From Chiloscyllium plagiosum (lineage: Eukaryota), in contig NC_057718.1 in assembly GCF_004010195.1 (NCBI RefSeq), forward strand, positions 101,884,197 to 101,948,196: a DNA stretch of 64,000 nt, in the 5' to 3' direction. Below the pieces are notes generated by a model. It did not search any database. It saw only the letters and a program-made list of their open reading frames with translations, and had not been told where the DNA came from. Position 1 is the stretch's first letter, and every line of letters starts with the position of its first letter. Positions 62,109 through 64,000 of the stretch are shown piece by piece. The translations under genes and the position numbers were made by a program.

Positions 62109-63151
62109 ACATCACTGTGGCTGCACTATACAGTGTACCTCTTCAGGCCAGTGAAATAATGCACTCCAGAAAAGCATCAAAGAAAAAGGACATCACTTCG
62201 TCAGGTGACAAATGCAGTAATGGAGCGGAACAGGAATGTGCAAAGAAACCTTCTGAAGTGAGTGAAGACTGTAAAATCAGTGCCAAGGAAGATGAGGAAG
62301 AAGATGAGGATGTTGAGTTTTATTCTGATGAGGGAGAAGAGGCCACAAAACCAGATGATGTACCAGATGGAGCACAGATCAGTCGGCTTTATAACGCCCT
62401 GTGTAATATAGTCCGGGACAGAATGGGAAGACATAAGAAATCTGAACCACCTGTAGCAACGTTCTATACCAAAGGGCACTATGTGTTAGTCACAGGTGAA
62501 GCCAGTTATATGGACCCTTTCTTCTGTACAACAGTTCCTACGAGGAGTCAAGTGATAGTTACGTTTGAGGACCAACCTTTCCCTGCTGATATAGACACTC
62601 TACCACAGCCTGACCTCCCCACCCCTTTAAAATATAATGGAGATGGTGATGGCAAGAAAGACTTTGACTCCACTAAAGAGAATGGCAAAGACCGTGAGGG
62701 TGAAAAAAAGGATGAAAAGGCAGATGATGGAAAATCCGGTGGTAATGGAGAACTGAAAAGACCGATAATATCGGCATCAATTTTACCCCCAACCCCATCA
62801 CTGCCAGATCCTTCTCAAGCCTCCGATTTCAAACCCACACCTTTCAGTGGCCCATCTACACCACAGTCGGATGCAACCAGTCCTGATAACCTGGCATCAA
62901 GAGGTGGTCCTCCTGGACAGCAGCAGAAAGAGGACAAAGATAGAGCAACCATTATCACTCCAACCCAGCCACTATCACCTGACCAGAGAACCCCAGAGGA
63001 GCCGAAGTATAGGTACTATGAGAAGATAGAAATGACTGAAGCAGTTGAGACATTTAGAGACAATAAGCTGGAGGGTTACTCAGAGACCTCCACCATTGTA
63101 GAGACCACGGTGGAAAAGACAAGCCAGGAACAGAAGGCAAAAAGATCCTGA
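62109..63151 (+). CDS. BFSP1: Filensin-like exon 8 (tail domain, stop)
   Basis: tttgttag acceptor; PDDVPDGAQIS, FYTKGHYVLVTGEASYMDP and YEKIEMTEAVE..YSETSTIVETTVEKT match the conserved filensin tail blocks. Confidence 0.96.
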
Positions 63152-64000
63152 GGTTAAAGACTCAAACGTTTGTGTACAATATTTACAAATGTAATTTTGC
63201 ATCTCAGAGTTAAAGTTTCACCACAGTGTGTGCTGACAGTGAACTGCAAATCATTTTCTTCCAGGGAATTTAATTAATGCCAGGGTCAGACTGCAGATGA
63301 GCGTTTAATAGTTTGCGTGTGTTATTCATAAATGAGCCTTTTTGAAAGCTTAAGCATCAGATTTATGGAGAAGGTACGGGTCACACTGCTTAAGTTCAGC
63401 TAAAAGCTTTGCTTCATGTCATCAATCAAGTTGAACTAGGGTTGACGACAAGAATCTAAAAGAAGAGCTTGACAGTATTTTACTGGGGTATTGTTAGTCA
63501 TAATTAAATAAGGGCTTTACTCCTATTGACACAATGCACAATGGATAAGTAGAACATTTTAAGCAAGATCAATATGTAATTAGATTTATATACTCTGATT
63601 GAATTGTCTTCCAATTGATCAACAAATTTGCTTTGTAAAGAAAACTGCAATAAAACCAACTGGTTTAGACTATCAACCCACTGTTTGTAGTATTCATGTG
63701 TTGTAAAGCAGCTCAAATTGCCCATGGTCGCAATTTTCAGGTTTTTTTTTAATAAATGCTGAATAATTTGTATTCTGAAACCAGAGCTCACATAAAACCT
63801 ATTGCTGTAGTCATTTTATGATCAAAGTTCTCATTATTCAGTAGGTTCAGCTATTAATGTTAATTAAGAACACAAGTGTTTGTCATGCATAATTTATAAT
63901 CAAATGAAGGGATAATTTGAATTAAGTGACTTCAAAGTAAGAGTCATATTTTTTAATATGGAATATACTTTTGGGATGATTAGTGCAATCCTAAAATTAT

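Overview
Vertebrate genomic DNA, very likely a shark (dense HE1-type tRNA-derived SINEs, CR1/L2 LINE fragments, two N gaps). Three protein-coding genes can be reconstructed from sequence and splice sites. (1) First coding exon of KIF16B on the minus strand (87-133) with its CpG-rich promoter. (2) A complete 4-exon otoraplin gene (OTOR, + strand, 15373-29109, 139 aa) whose first intron holds a near full-length decayed L1 and CR1 copies. (3) A complete 8-exon, strongly diverged filensin/BFSP1-like gene (+ strand, 38370-63151, about 668 aa from the downstream ATG). SNRPB2 and PCSK2, which lie in this interval in mammals, were not found, and the filensin-like gene is in the opposite orientation relative to OTOR. 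Most interesting signals: (a) three families of short, often palindromic, TSD-flanked Penelope-derived insertions, each carrying a minimal hammerhead ribozyme core (CUGANGA...GAAA..NUH); (b) a 19-bp minisatellite at the 5' end of the filensin-like gene that appears to be coding, with one surplus unit frameshifting the upstream ATG; (c) a near-perfect MARE plus Sox motif cluster upstream of that gene. Homologue comparisons are from recalled sequences, not database searches. Repeat boundaries are approximate.
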